From Candidatus Palauibacter rhopaloidicola (GTDB lineage: Bacteria; Gemmatimonadota; Gemmatimonadetes; Palauibacterales; Palauibacteraceae), in NCBI GenBank assembly GCA_026914155.1, contig JAPPGH010000063.1, positions 34,283 through 98,282 of the forward strand: a stretch of DNA of 64,000 nt. The letters are read 5' to 3'. This document shows positions 27,967-37,670 of this stretch, piece by piece. Position 1 is the stretch's first letter. Each line of letters opens with the position of its first letter. The notes beneath the pieces are model-generated. The model saw nothing but the letters and a program-made list of their open reading frames with translations. It made no database searches and was not told where the DNA came from. The translations under genes and the position numbers were made by a program.

Positions 27967-30900
27967 GCCACCTGCGTGGCGGAGTTCTGCGTGCCGGAGT
28001 TGAGCTCCACGCCGACGATCGAGGAGACGCCCGCCTCCTGCATCGTCACGCCGTAGATCCAGTCGGCGTTCTCGATCGTTCGCGGATTGTGGGTGATGAC
28101 GATGAACTGCGTCTCTTCCTTGAATTCCTTCAGCATGCGGACGAACCGCAGGATGTTCGTCTCGTCCAGCGGCGCGTCCACCTCGTCCAGCAGACAGAAC
28201 GGGCTCGGCTTCGCGAGGTAGATCGCGAACAGCAGGGCGAGCGCGGTCAGGGCCCGTTCACCGCCCGATAGCAGGTGGATCCGTTGCGTCTTCTTGCCGC
28301 GGGGGCTGGCCGAGATCTCGATCGGGGAGTCCAGGGCGTCGTCGGGATTCTCGAACCGGAGATCACACTGCCCGCCCTCGAAGAGGGTGTCGAAGGTTCG
28401 GTGGAAGTTGGTCCTCACCTGCTCGAACGTCTCAAGGAGCGTGGAGGTCGCCTGCCGGTTGATGCGGCGGATCGAGGTGCGGAGGTCGTCGCGCGCGCGG
28501 GTCAGGTCGTCGCGCTGTCCGGTCAGGAACTCGAGACGCTTCTGCTCTTCCTCGTATTCCCGCTGCGCGAGGAGGTTGACCGGGCCGATGCGGGCGATCG
28601 AGCGCCGCACGCGCTCCAGCTCCGGTTCCCATTCGGCGGGCTCCGCATCGTCGACGGGGTCGACGCGTTCCCGGAGTTCCGCGAGCGGGGCATCCCACTC
28701 CGCTTCCACGCGGCCCCGAATCCCGGACTCCCCCGCCTCCAGTTGCGTGATCTCGAGTTCGAGCCGATGCCGGGCGTCCACGCGCTCGCGCTCGAGCCGG
28801 CGCACCTCGCCGAGTTCCGACTCGAGCGTGTCCAGTCGTCCGCGGCGTTCGGCGATTCGCCCCTCCAGCTCCGCCAGATCCGCTTCACGACGCGTCCTGG
28901 TCTCGAGCGCGGCGCCGATGGACGCCTCCAGTTCCTCCGCCTGCGCCTCACTGTCCGCGATCAGGGCCTGGAGCCCGTCCACTTCCCGCGCCAGCGCCCG
29001 CGACCGTTCCTCGGCGTCGTCCGCGGCTTCGGCGAGGCGGCTCTCCACGCCGCGTCGATTCTCGACCTCGGCCTCCCGGCGCGCCTGCGCCAGCTCCTCG
29101 CGGTGGAGTTCGGCCTTCCCCGCTTCGGCGGCGGCGCGGGCGTCGTCGGCCTTCTGTCCCGCCTCCTCGTATGTGGAGGACCTGTCGGAGACGCTTCGGT
29201 CGAGTTCGCCGGCGCGGGCGTCGTCGTCCGCCGCGAGCGACACGTCATCCTCGCTGAACGCTTCGAGTTGTTCGATGCGGCCGGCGAGTGCGCTGCGCTC
29301 CCGGTCCAGCCGGACGAGCCGCGCCTCCGCCGACGTCCGGTCGGCTTCGGCCTCACGGCGGGCCGACGCCGCGTCGGACACCGCACGCTCCAGCGCGTTC
29401 GCCCCCGCGAGCGCCTCCGAGGCGGCGGCCCCCAGCTCCTTCACCGCCTCCCGCGAGCGCGAGCGCTCCTCTTCCAGCGCCGCCGCTTCCTGGCGCAGGG
29501 CTCGGAGTTCGGCCCGCCGGCTCAGGAGTCCCTCCGAGGCGCCGCCTCCCACGTAAATGCCGCCCCACCGGTCCTGGCGCCGCCCCTGGGGATCCACCCA
29601 GGCGTGCGGGCGCGGCGCCAGTTCGCCGCCGGACGGGACCTCGACGCCCGCGAGCAGCGCCTCCACCCACACGGCGCCTGCGCCCTTCGCCTCGACGTGC
29701 CGCATGAGCGGCGCGTCCGCCTCCGGCGGTCCCGGGAGCGGGCCCGGATCGAGCGGGAGCACGAGGACGCCCTCCTCTCCGCCGCGCCGTTCGAGCCATG
29801 CCTCGACGGCCCGGACCGCAGACCAGTCGCGCACGACGACTCCGTGCAGGTACGGGCCGAGTTGAGACTCGACCGCGGACGCCCAGGGAGCGGGAACTTC
29901 CATGAACTCCGACAGCGCGCCGTCGAGTCCCGGGACCGCGCGCCGGTCCTTCAGCAGTTCGGCGACGGCTTCGGGGAGCAGCGCGCTCGACCCCACCAGC
30001 GATCCGAGACTCGAGGCGCGGGCCCGCGCGGCGGCGAGACGGCCCTCGAGGTCGGCCGCTGCCTCGCGGGCACGACGCAGCGCCGTGTCGGCGGAGGACG
30101 CGGCCTCGCGCGCCGCCCGCAGCCGGTCGCGCGCCCCCTCCAGCGTCCGGCCCGCCCGCACCTCGCGTTCCGACGCGCTCTCCGCCTCCATCCGGAGCCC
30201 GCGCTCCTGGGCGGCGAGCGCATCGAGGGCCGGCCGCCGCCGCTCGAGTTCCTCGCTGCGGTCGCGGGCCCGATCCTCCCTCACGCCGAGTTCGAGCGTC
30301 CACCGTTCCAGCTCGCGGTGCGCTTCGCCGAGCGCCTCCCGGGCGGCGGCACGCTCGCGCGCGGCTGTGCGGGCCGTCGCGGCCAGGCCCTCCGCCCGAC
30401 GCTCGAGTTGAGCCGTCGCAGCGGCGCCCTCGGCGGCGAGCGACTGCCCCTCCTTCAGGGCGGATCGCGCTTCCGCCAGGCGGTCCCGGAGATCCCCGCG
30501 CCGACGCTCGTTCCGGCGCACCTCCTCTTCGAGGGTCCCCAGCCGGTCGCGCGCGCCCGACCCTCTCGCCCCGGCGAGGAGTCGCGCTCGCTCCTGCTTC
30601 TCCAGGGCGCGCCGGGCCTCCTCCAGGCTCCGGGCGAGACCGGCCCGCTCCCGCTCCATGCCGGTGTACTCCAGGCGAAGCGTCTCCGCCCGGGTCTCCG
30701 CCGTGCTCAGATCCACATGGTCCGGGCCCGCGTCCGGCTCGAGGCGCTCGAATTCGGCCCGTGCTTCGGCCAGCCGCCGGGTCGTCTCCTCGAGCTGGGC
30801 GTCCGCGACGGCGATCTCGAGCTGCAGGAGCCGGGCTCGCAGCTTCGCGTGGCGCTCGGCCCGTCCCCGCTGTTGCGCGAGCGAGCGGACCTTGGACGCC

Positions 30901-31493
30901 ACTTCGACGAGCACATCGTCGAGCCGCTGCAGATCGCCGTCCGCCTGCTCGAGCCGGCGGGTCGCGATCCGGCGACGGTCCTTGTAGCGCCCGATCCCGG
31001 CCGCTTCCTCGAACAGCGTCCGGCGCTCTTCGGCCCGGTCCGAGAGGATCGCGTCCACCATGCGCCCCTCGATCATCGCGTAGGCGTTCGAGCCCAGCCC
31101 GGTGTCCCGGCACAGATCCAGGATGTCCTTGAGCCGGCAAGCCGTTCCGTTGAGCGTGTACTCGCTCTCGCCTCCGCGGTAGACCGTGCGGCCGATCGCG
31201 ACGTCGGCGTAGGGCACGGGCAGCACGCCGTCCTCATTCGAGAGTTCGAGCAGGACCTCGGCCCGGTGGATGGGCTGCCGCGCCTCGGTCCCCCCGAAGA
31301 TCGCCTCTTCCATGCGGGATCCGCGGATCGCTGTGGGGCGTTGTTCCCCCAGGACCCAGCGCAGCGCGTCGGAGAGGTTCGATTTTCCGCAGCCGTTCGG
31401 GCCGACGACGGCCGTGATGCCCTCGTGCAGTTCGATCCGCGTCCGGTCGGCGAACGACTTGAATCCGCGCAGGGTCAGGGCCTTGATCTTCAA
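27963..31493 (-). CDS. smc: chromosome segregation protein SMC
   Basis: 1176 aa with N-terminal Walker A GPNGCGKSN, very long Ala/Arg/Glu-rich coiled coils, a central hinge, C-terminal signature LSGGERALTALALLFA and Walker B FCLLDEVDAPLD. Confidence 0.95.
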   Translation of the reverse strand: MKIKALTLRGFKSFADRTRIELHEGITAVVGPNGCGKSNLSDALRWVLGEQRPTAIRGSRMEEAIFGGTEARQPIHRAEVLLELSNEDGVLPVPYADVAIGRTVYRGGESEYTLNGTACRLKDILDLCRDTGLGSNAYAMIEGRMVDAILSDRAEERRTLFEEAAGIGRYKDRRRIATRRLEQADGDLQRLDDVLVEVASKVRSLAQQRGRAERHAKLRARLLQLEIAVADAQLEETTRRLAEARAEFERLEPDAGPDHVDLSTAETRAETLRLEYTGMERERAGLARSLEEARRALEKQERARLLAGARGSGARDRLGTLEEEVRRNERRRGDLRDRLAEARSALKEGQSLAAEGAAATAQLERRAEGLAATARTAARERAAAREALGEAHRELERWTLELGVREDRARDRSEELERRRPALDALAAQERGLRMEAESASEREVRAGRTLEGARDRLRAAREAASSADTALRRAREAAADLEGRLAAARARASSLGSLVGSSALLPEAVAELLKDRRAVPGLDGALSEFMEVPAPWASAVESQLGPYLHGVVVRDWSAVRAVEAWLERRGGEEGVLVLPLDPGPLPGPPEADAPLMRHVEAKGAGAVWVEALLAGVEVPSGGELAPRPHAWVDPQGRRQDRWGGIYVGGGASEGLLSRRAELRALRQEAAALEEERSRSREAVKELGAAASEALAGANALERAVSDAASARREAEADRTSAEARLVRLDRERSALAGRIEQLEAFSEDDVSLAADDDARAGELDRSVSDRSSTYEEAGQKADDARAAAEAGKAELHREELAQARREAEVENRRGVESRLAEAADDAEERSRALAREVDGLQALIADSEAQAEELEASIGAALETRTRREADLAELEGRIAERRGRLDTLESELGEVRRLERERVDARHRLELEITQLEAGESGIRGRVEAEWDAPLAELRERVDPVDDAEPAEWEPELERVRRSIARIGPVNLLAQREYEEEQKRLEFLTGQRDDLTRARDDLRTSIRRINRQATSTLLETFEQVRTNFHRTFDTLFEGGQCDLRFENPDDALDSPIEISASPRGKKTQRIHLLSGGERALTALALLFAIYLAKPSPFCLLDEVDAPLDETNILRFVRMLKEFKEETQFIVITHNPRTIENADWIYGVTMQEAGVSSIVGVELNSGTQNSATQVA

Positions 31494-31499
31494 GCGCGC

Positions 31500-33077
31500 T
31501 CAGGGGGTTGAAGGAGCGCCGCCGCCGCGCCTCGCGATGAGGGTCGCGGTTTCGCCGGCCGCATCCAGGAGGTCGCGCATGGGGGCGGCAGCCTCCTCGT
31601 TTTCGTACGCCCCCCCGTACACCCGGAAGACCGGCATGCCATCGAGCACCGTCGCGAGGCTGTACGCGGGGATGCCGAGCGACGCGAGTTCGGCGATCCG
31701 CGCCTCCATCTCGGGGCGCTCCGCGAACACGCCGAGATCGTACGCGAATCTCACGGGACGGAGGAGCCATGCGCTCGCCTCCCGGGCCACGCCGGCCGCC
31801 GCGAGTTCCTCCATGAGGGCGGCAGCCTCCGCCTCGCTCGCCACGGCCCCGGCGAGGATCCTCAGATACCGGACCCCGCGAATCGTCGTGGGGGCCATGA
31901 CGTACAGCACTTCTCCCTGCAGCGCGCGGATTTCCGCCACGCGCTCCGCCGCCTCGGCCGGATCCGTGAAGCTCCCGAGGAGCACGGAGTACGGCCGCTC
32001 GGCGACTGACTCGAACGCCGCGGCGACGGCGGAATCATCGGGCGCCTGCGGCATGTCCTCCGATGAGGTGTCGTCCAGGGGGATGTCCTCCGGCGGAGTG
32101 TCCTCCGGCGGAGTGTCCTCCGGGGAGATGTCGTCCGGCGTGGCCGCAGCCTGGGCGGCCGGGTCATCGTCCGTGGGCGTCACGGGCGTCGCCGGCGCCT
32201 CCTGCCGGGCCGCGATCAGCGATCCGACGCGGGCGATCGCGCGGTCGAACCAGCCGTTCCTGTACGCCCACAAGTTCCCGACCGCCAATGCCACGATCAC
32301 CAGCGCCGCGACGAGCGGACGGCGCGGGCGGCGGCCCCGTGCCCTTCCGGACGCCGGCTGCGAGTCCGCCGGAGCCGCCTCCGGCTCGGGGTCGGGGGTC
32401 GGCTCGGGCGGGGGATCCGGTTCCGCCGGGGGCTCGGGCTCCGCCGGGGGCTCGGGCTCGGGTTCCGGGGAGGGCTCGGCCACGTCTTCCACGGGCTCCG
32501 CCTCGGGCGCCACGCTCAACGCCTCCGCGTCGCTCGACTCGCTCGACTCGAAGGGCACCTGGCCGTAGCACCGGATGCCGTGGTCCTCGGGGGGGACCCT
32601 TCCCACGGCGATGTACCCGTCGAGGAGACCGAGCAGACCGGGGGAGGGGCGCCCGCGATCGGAGATCGCGATGAAGAGCGTCTCGCCCCGCTCCTTCACG
32701 CGGGAGACGAAGCGCTCGAGCGCGGCGGATTCCAGCAGCCCGACCACGCCTTCGGGCACCTTTCCCGCCGGCAGATATACGTAAGGACAGTCCGCGCGCC
32801 GCACGGCGATCCCGGCAAGTCCGGACTCGCCGCCGAGGAACGCCGCCATGCCGCCGGAGTCGGCCCGTTCGGACGCCCCGGCCAGTTCGTCGAGCGGCGA
32901 GGGCCCGGATTCGGAGTTGAGGACGAGCGTCGGTCCCCGCCGGCGGGCGATGGAGGTGGCGATCGCGTCTACCGCCGTCGCGCTCCTCTCGGCCTCCGAA
33001 CGCTGGAACACGAGCGCCACGATCCGCGCCTCGGCGGGCAGATCCCACGCGAACGGAGCCGGGACGGCGGCGCTCAT
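31500..33077 (-). CDS. bitopic protein: P-loop-less ParA/MinD-like N-domain, acidic Pro-rich linkers, TM, two C-terminal SPOR-like domains
   Basis: 525 aa with a TM at LVAALVIVALAVGNLW. The C-terminal halves YSVLLGSF...A......L.......V..........YRILAG and FAYDLGVFAE....EARIAEL...GIPAY......DG..VFRVYGGAY.N fit the SPOR pattern. The N-domain call is by architecture only. Confidence 0.7.
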   Translation of the reverse strand: MSAAVPAPFAWDLPAEARIVALVFQRSEAERSATAVDAIATSIARRRGPTLVLNSESGPSPLDELAGASERADSGGMAAFLGGESGLAGIAVRRADCPYVYLPAGKVPEGVVGLLESAALERFVSRVKERGETLFIAISDRGRPSPGLLGLLDGYIAVGRVPPEDHGIRCYGQVPFESSESSDAEALSVAPEAEPVEDVAEPSPEPEPEPPAEPEPPAEPDPPPEPTPDPEPEAAPADSQPASGRARGRRPRRPLVAALVIVALAVGNLWAYRNGWFDRAIARVGSLIAARQEAPATPVTPTDDDPAAQAAATPDDISPEDTPPEDTPPEDIPLDDTSSEDMPQAPDDSAVAAAFESVAERPYSVLLGSFTDPAEAAERVAEIRALQGEVLYVMAPTTIRGVRYLRILAGAVASEAEAAALMEELAAAGVAREASAWLLRPVRFAYDLGVFAERPEMEARIAELASLGIPAYSLATVLDGMPVFRVYGGAYENEEAAAPMRDLLDAAGETATLIARRGGGAPSTP

Positions 33078-34621
33078 GGGTCTCTCCTCGTCACCGGATC
33101 TTCCTCCTCATGAATCCACGCATCGATCCCCCTCTCCCGCTGCAACTCGAGCGCCGCTCCCGCCGCATCGGGGCGCGTCTCATACGGGCCCACGAGGAGC
33201 CGATACCAGATGTCGCTGGCCTCGTCCATCCGACGCAACACGTGCGTCGAATAGCCCGAGCGGTCGAGGAGCTGGCGCACCTGTTCGAGCGCGTCCAACT
33301 GCCGCGAGGATTGAGCGACGGCATAGAAACCGGCGGGAAGCTCAGGCAGCGAGTCCCCCGGTACGGGATCGCCGAGGGTTTGCGCGCGCCGGTTCGACGT
33401 CCTCCCCACCGTCAGCAGCCCGATGCGGCCGGGCGGAACGCTGTCGGCGAGTTCATCGAGGGCCTCCTCGGCATCTTCCAGCGTGTCCTCCGGCACGACG
33501 GCGGCGGAGGCGACGGGCAGGCGCCGCCCCCATCGGAACGGGAGCCACCAGGCGTCGGCGGGCCCCTCCACGGCGGCGACTCCGCCATCCGGGCGGAGGA
33601 GGCCCAGGCCGCTCTCCGTGGACACCAGCACGGCTCCGCCCGGCAGCGCGAGCGGCAGGTCCGCGCGCCACTCTCCGGGCACCGCGTCCAGACCGGCGTC
33701 TCCCGCCATCGCGGACCACGCGTTCGCGCCATCCCAGGCCACGAGGCGGTCGCCCGTCATGCCGGGCCGCAACGTCTCGAGGGGCGCCTCAAGCCGCGAG
33801 GATCCGACCTCGCGCCAGTCGTAGCGGTCGATGACCGTGAAACGCGGCCGGTCGATCGACGCCGCAAACACGCGGTGCTGCGAGGGAGAGATGGCCAGGG
33901 CCGACGGCGCGCCGCCGATCTCCGTCCCCTCCGCCGGTTCGAGTTCGGGAACCGACCACTCCGTGAGACCCCTTCCATCCTCGGACGCCGTCACGACCGT
34001 TCGACCCCAGCCCGCGAGCGCGACGGGGCCGCTCGTATCGACGGTCCGCGTCACCGCGGGCTGCGATTCCCCGGCTTCCCATACCGCGAGTTCGGGTCCG
34101 TCCGCGCCTTCGACGAGGGCAACGACGCGGTCTCCGGCGGCGGGAGCCGCCCAGTGCACGGCGCCACCGGCACTCACCTCCGCGGTGCGGGTGGGGGTGA
34201 TGGCGAGAATTCGCTCCCCCGACACGAAGGCGCCCCCGGCGGGCGAGGCGATCCAGCGGCCGTCGGCGGGCGCATCGGGAAGGGGCGTCTCGGCCTCCAC
34301 CGGCGACGTCGTGTAGAGGCGAAGCTGTCGCCCCCGTTGCAGCACGGCCGCCGAACCGAGCGAATGGGCCGCCGTGACGCTTCCAAGCGACAGGCGTCCG
34401 GTCCAGCGCACGGTGGACGGACTCTCGATCGAACGGAACTGCGCGACGCCGCCGTCGCGCGGAATGACGAGGAGCCCGTACCGCTCGAGCGACGACCCGG
34501 AGACGAGCGCCGCGCCTTCGATGGGGTCCGGCTGATCTTCCGGGGGGCTTCCGCAGGCGCCGGCAACACCCCCGATCCCCGGCAGGAGAAGGAGCGCAGC
34601 CGGCAATGTCGCACGGTTCAT
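33074..34621 (-). CDS. lipoprotein with beta-propeller-like body and C-terminal SPOR domain
   Basis: From ATG 34621: MNRATLPAALLLLPGIGGVAGAC, a lipobox with Cys. The C-terminus GFYAVAQSSRQLDALEQVRQLLDRSGYSTHVLRRMDEASDIWYRLLVGPYETRPDA is SPOR-like. There is a 4-nt overlap with the next gene. The track ORF starts at 34708. Confidence 0.7.
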   Translation of the reverse strand: MNRATLPAALLLLPGIGGVAGACGSPPEDQPDPIEGAALVSGSSLERYGLLVIPRDGGVAQFRSIESPSTVRWTGRLSLGSVTAAHSLGSAAVLQRGRQLRLYTTSPVEAETPLPDAPADGRWIASPAGGAFVSGERILAITPTRTAEVSAGGAVHWAAPAAGDRVVALVEGADGPELAVWEAGESQPAVTRTVDTSGPVALAGWGRTVVTASEDGRGLTEWSVPELEPAEGTEIGGAPSALAISPSQHRVFAASIDRPRFTVIDRYDWREVGSSRLEAPLETLRPGMTGDRLVAWDGANAWSAMAGDAGLDAVPGEWRADLPLALPGGAVLVSTESGLGLLRPDGGVAAVEGPADAWWLPFRWGRRLPVASAAVVPEDTLEDAEEALDELADSVPPGRIGLLTVGRTSNRRAQTLGDPVPGDSLPELPAGFYAVAQSSRQLDALEQVRQLLDRSGYSTHVLRRMDEASDIWYRLLVGPYETRPDAAGAALELQRERGIDAWIHEEEDPVTRRDP

Positions 34622-34674
34622 GGCCCTCCAAGCTAGCGGCGCGCCTCCGGTCGCGGAACGGCCCCGGTGCCGTT

Positions 34675-35070
34675 TCACTCCAGCTCGAAGAGGGGGGCGT
34701 CGCCCCACAGCCGCTCAAGCCGATAGAACTCCCTGACATCGCCCAGGAAGACGTGCACGATGAGGCCCACATAGTCCATCAGCACCCAGCGACCCTGGTT
34801 CAGCCCCTCCACGCCGACCGGCCGGAACCCGTCCTCGCGCGTTCGATCGAGGATGTTCTCGCTGATCGCGCGGGCGTGCGTGTCGGAGTCGCCCGTGGCG
34901 ATGAGGAAGAAGTCGGTGACATCCGACAGCCCCCGCAGATCGAGGATCGTCGGGAAGCGCGCGTTTCGCTCGAGCGCGGCCTCCGCCACGCTGCGGAGTT
35001 CGGGGGACGGGGCTCCCCGTTCCGAAAGCCGGCGCCACACTTCCTCGAGCGGGAGCGGATCGTGCGTCAT
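34675..35070 (-). CDS. rsfS: ribosome silencing factor RsfS
   Basis: 131 aa: ILDLRGLSDVTDFFLIATGDSDTHARAISENI...EG...GRWVLMDYVGLIVHVF....REFYRLERLW, the RsfS/IojAP signature. Confidence 0.9.
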   Translation of the reverse strand: MTHDPLPLEEVWRRLSERGAPSPELRSVAEAALERNARFPTILDLRGLSDVTDFFLIATGDSDTHARAISENILDRTREDGFRPVGVEGLNQGRWVLMDYVGLIVHVFLGDVREFYRLERLWGDAPLFELE

Positions 35071-35083
35071 CGGTCGCGTACCG

Positions 35084-35533
35084 CTATTCCTCGGCGACCA
35101 CGGACACCTTGAGATTGGGCTCGACGTCCACGTGGACTCTCACCGGGACTTCGTGTTCGCCGAGGTCCTTGATCGGATCGTCCAGCCGGATCGTGCGGCG
35201 GTCCACGGCGACGCCCTCCTTCTGCAGTTCGTCCGCGATGTCCGCGGCCGTGACCGAACCGAACAGGCGTCCGCCCTCGCTCGCCCTGCGGACGAAGCTC
35301 ACGGCTCTGCCCTCCAGTTCGCCCGCCAGTTGCTGGGCCGCTTCGCGATCCCGCTCGGCGGACTGTTCGATCTGGCGCCGCTCCTCCTCGAACCGTCTCC
35401 GGTTCCCCTCGGTCGCCACGAGCGCGATCCCCTGCGGAACCAGGTAGTTGCGCGCATACCCCGGCCGCACGTTCACCATCTCGCCCGCCAGGCCGAGATC
35501 GGCGACGTCCTTTCTCAGAATCACTTCCACCAT
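35084..35533 (-). CDS. rplI: 50S ribosomal protein L9
   Basis: MVEVILRKDVADLGLAGEMVNVRPGYARNYLVPQGIALVAT, a long connecting helix and the C-terminal domain. Canonical L9. Confidence 0.95.
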   Translation of the reverse strand: MVEVILRKDVADLGLAGEMVNVRPGYARNYLVPQGIALVATEGNRRRFEEERRQIEQSAERDREAAQQLAGELEGRAVSFVRRASEGGRLFGSVTAADIADELQKEGVAVDRRTIRLDDPIKDLGEHEVPVRVHVDVEPNLKVSVVAEE

Positions 35534-35558
35534 CGATCCCTCCAGTTATCATCCACGA

Positions 35559-36494
35559 TCAGCCACCGTCCGTTTTCACCCCCGGACGCGACCGCAGGTC
35601 CAGCCACGTATCGCTGATTCCCATGACGAGGGCCGCACCCGCCGTCACCGGGTAGAGGACCAGCGCCGCGAGTACCCACACCGCGATCACCCAGCCCGAG
35701 CTTAGCACCGAAGCCCCCAGCCACACGAGCACCGCAAGACCCCGGAGCAGATAGAGGCCGCCCATCACCGTCACCATGTTGCCGCCCGCGCGCTCCGCCC
35801 ATGCTCCCGCGGGGATGACCAGCAGCGCGAGGCCCAGCACGAGCACCCAGGCCAGGTGGTCGCCGAAGCGGAACTCCCGCAGCGGCGGGAGCGGTCTCCG
35901 TTCTCCCCGGACTCGTCCGAGTATGTAGCCGGCGACGCCGAGGGCCGAGATCGAAGCGAGCGCGAGCATGGCGGGGTAGACGGCCTCCCACACGCTCACG
36001 ATGCCGCGCACCGTCGCTTCCACCGACCGGCCGCCCCACGCGTTGAAGTCATGCGCGGCCAGCGCCTGGCTGAACTGCGCCGTGATCCGCCAGTCGAGGT
36101 CCGCCGGAAGCTCGGGTCGCAGCACGGCGAGGACCGCGACCGTGGCTCCCGCGGTCGCGACCGCCCACAGCGACCGGTCGAAGACCCCCCGGCCCGGCGC
36201 CAGCGCCGTGCTGAGAACGAACCCGCCGGCCAGAAGCAGCGCCCAGCCGCGCTCCATGAACCACAGCGGCCCGGCCTCCTGAAACCCGAGCCCTGCTCCG
36301 GCCAACAGCAACAGCGCCAGGAAGGCCGAGCCGGACTGGGGCGGCTCGAAGGTCAGAATCGCCACGGCCGCGGGTACGCCGACGATCGCCATGAGCCCGA
36401 GCGGCGACGAACTCAGCGGCGACAGCAGCATGACCAGCAGGAGGAGACCCGCGGCTGGCCAGAGACCGCTCCAGCGTTCCCTCAGCGGCCCCAC
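35559..36494 (-). CDS. polytopic membrane protein (DUF2232/YybS-like by position)
   Basis: 311 aa with 8 or more hydrophobic helices. It lies between rpsR and rplI, the position held by yybS (DUF2232) in Firmicutes-type operons. The family call rests on synteny and topology only. Confidence 0.55.
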   Translation of the reverse strand: MGPLRERWSGLWPAAGLLLLVMLLSPLSSSPLGLMAIVGVPAAVAILTFEPPQSGSAFLALLLLAGAGLGFQEAGPLWFMERGWALLLAGGFVLSTALAPGRGVFDRSLWAVATAGATVAVLAVLRPELPADLDWRITAQFSQALAAHDFNAWGGRSVEATVRGIVSVWEAVYPAMLALASISALGVAGYILGRVRGERRPLPPLREFRFGDHLAWVLVLGLALLVIPAGAWAERAGGNMVTVMGGLYLLRGLAVLVWLGASVLSSGWVIAVWVLAALVLYPVTAGAALVMGISDTWLDLRSRPGVKTDGG

Positions 36495-36506
36495 GCCGGG
36501 GCCACG

Positions 36507-36731
36507 CTAGTCGTGGTAGCCGCGGATGTACGGCAGGATCGCGAGATACCGCGCCCGCTTGATGGCTGCCGTCACCGCCCGCTGGTGCCGCGCACACGAC
36601 CCCGTGGCTCGCCGCGGCAGGATCTTGCCGCGATCCGAGATGTAGCGGTCCAGCGCACGTTCATCCTTGTAGTCCACGCCGGGCTTCCGGCCCCCGGCCA
36701 CGCAGCACCGGCACGCCTTTCGAAATGCCAT
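36507..36731 (-). CDS. rpsR: 30S ribosomal protein S18
   Basis: 74 aa: [47 protein letters not shown]. Its ATG directly abuts the rpsF stop (TAAATG). Confidence 0.95.
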   Translation of the reverse strand: MAFRKACRCCVAGGRKPGVDYKDERALDRYISDRGKILPRRATGSCARHQRAVTAAIKRARYLAILPYIRGYHD

Positions 36732-37472
36732 TTATTCCTCCTTCGCCTCGGCGGGCTCTTCCGCCTCAGCGTCGTCCGTCGGCGCCTCCGCTTCGGCTTC
36801 GGCGTCGGCTTCGGCTTCGGCTTCGGTTTCGGCGTCGGCTTCGGTTTCGGCGTCGGCTTCGGTTTCGGCGTCGGCTTCGGCTTCGGAGGGAGCCTCGTCG
36901 GCCGCTTCTTCGGCGCCGTCCGTCTCCCCGGCCTCTTCGCTTTCCTCCGCCTCCCCGGTCTCCTCCGCCTCCCCGGTCTCCTCCGCCTCGGAGGCCCCGT
37001 CGGTCTCGGACCCTGCCTCGGCGTCGGGGGCATCTGCGGCGGTTTCCTCCGCCTCGGGTTCGGCTTCCTCGGCTTCGGCTTCCTCGGCCTTGGCTTCCTC
37101 TGCCTTGGCTTCCTCCGCGGGTTCTTCCGCCTTGGCTTCCTCCGCGGCGGGCGTCTCCGGCGCCGGGTCGGGAAGCGGGAGCGGATGTTCCGCGATCACG
37201 ATCAGGTACCGGAGGATGTCATCCTCGAGCTTCAGCAAGCGCTCCAGCTCCCTGAGCGGATCGGGCGCCGAAGTGAACTGGGCGACGACGTAGTAGCCGT
37301 TCGGCTGCTTCTTGATGGGGTAGGCGAGTTGACGTTTGCCCCAGTGCACCGAGGCGGTGATTTCGCCCGAACCGTCCGCCGTGATTGCGGCGTGGTAGCG
37401 TTCGAGCTTCGCCTCGATCTCCTCGGAGGTCAGGCTCGAACGGAAGATGTACACGATCTCGTAATCGCGCAT
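36732..37472 (-). CDS. rpsF: 30S ribosomal protein S6 with ~140-aa acidic C-terminal extension
   Basis: The N-terminal ~100 aa are MRDYEIVYIFRSSL...WGKRQLAYPIKKQPNGYYVV.QF, canonical S6. This is followed by an E/A/D/T-rich tail containing (EADAET)n. Confidence 0.92.
   Translation of the reverse strand: MRDYEIVYIFRSSLTSEEIEAKLERYHAAITADGSGEITASVHWGKRQLAYPIKKQPNGYYVVAQFTSAPDPLRELERLLKLEDDILRYLIVIAEHPLPLPDPAPETPAAEEAKAEEPAEEAKAEEAKAEEAEAEEAEPEAEETAADAPDAEAGSETDGASEAEETGEAEETGEAEESEEAGETDGAEEAADEAPSEAEADAETEADAETEADAETEAEAEADAEAEAEAPTDDAEAEEPAEAKEE
36789..36886. repeat. hexamer-periodic tract with three perfect 18-bp copies (GGCTTCGGTTTCGGCGTC) inside rpsF
   Basis: Perfect copies at 36819..36836, 36837..36854 and 36855..36872, flanked by GGCTTC/GGCGTC hexamers. 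On the minus strand this encodes the EADAETEADAET... part of the S6 tail. Confidence 0.9.
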
Positions 37473-37576
37473 GAAGAACTCCCTCGGTCTCGTCGGCCCC
37501 GACCCGCGCGGTCGGAGCAGGAGTCTGGATTGTCGGCCCGCCGGAGGGCGGCGAACCGGTATGTGAAAGCGGCATT

Positions 37577-37604
37577 ACACTAGGTCATGCGGTCACGCTG
37601 TCAA
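37577..37604 (-). promoter_or_regulatory. candidate sigma70-type promoter of the rpsF operon
   Basis: Minus strand: TTGACA (37604..37599), a 16-nt spacer, then TAGTGT (37582..37577). It lies about 105 nt upstream of the rpsF ATG. Confidence 0.45.
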
Positions 37605-37670
37605 GTTGCGGCCCTCGGCCCGACACCCGCGACCCGAGACGCGCGACCCGCGACCCGCGGCACACTATAG

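Noticed and set aside
28275-31511. 1078-aa plus-strand ORF and several 400-600-aa alternative-frame ORFs over smc
   Set aside because: These are antisense or off-frame shadows of smc. Their composition is low-complexity Arg/Pro/Gly and they carry no recognisable domain.
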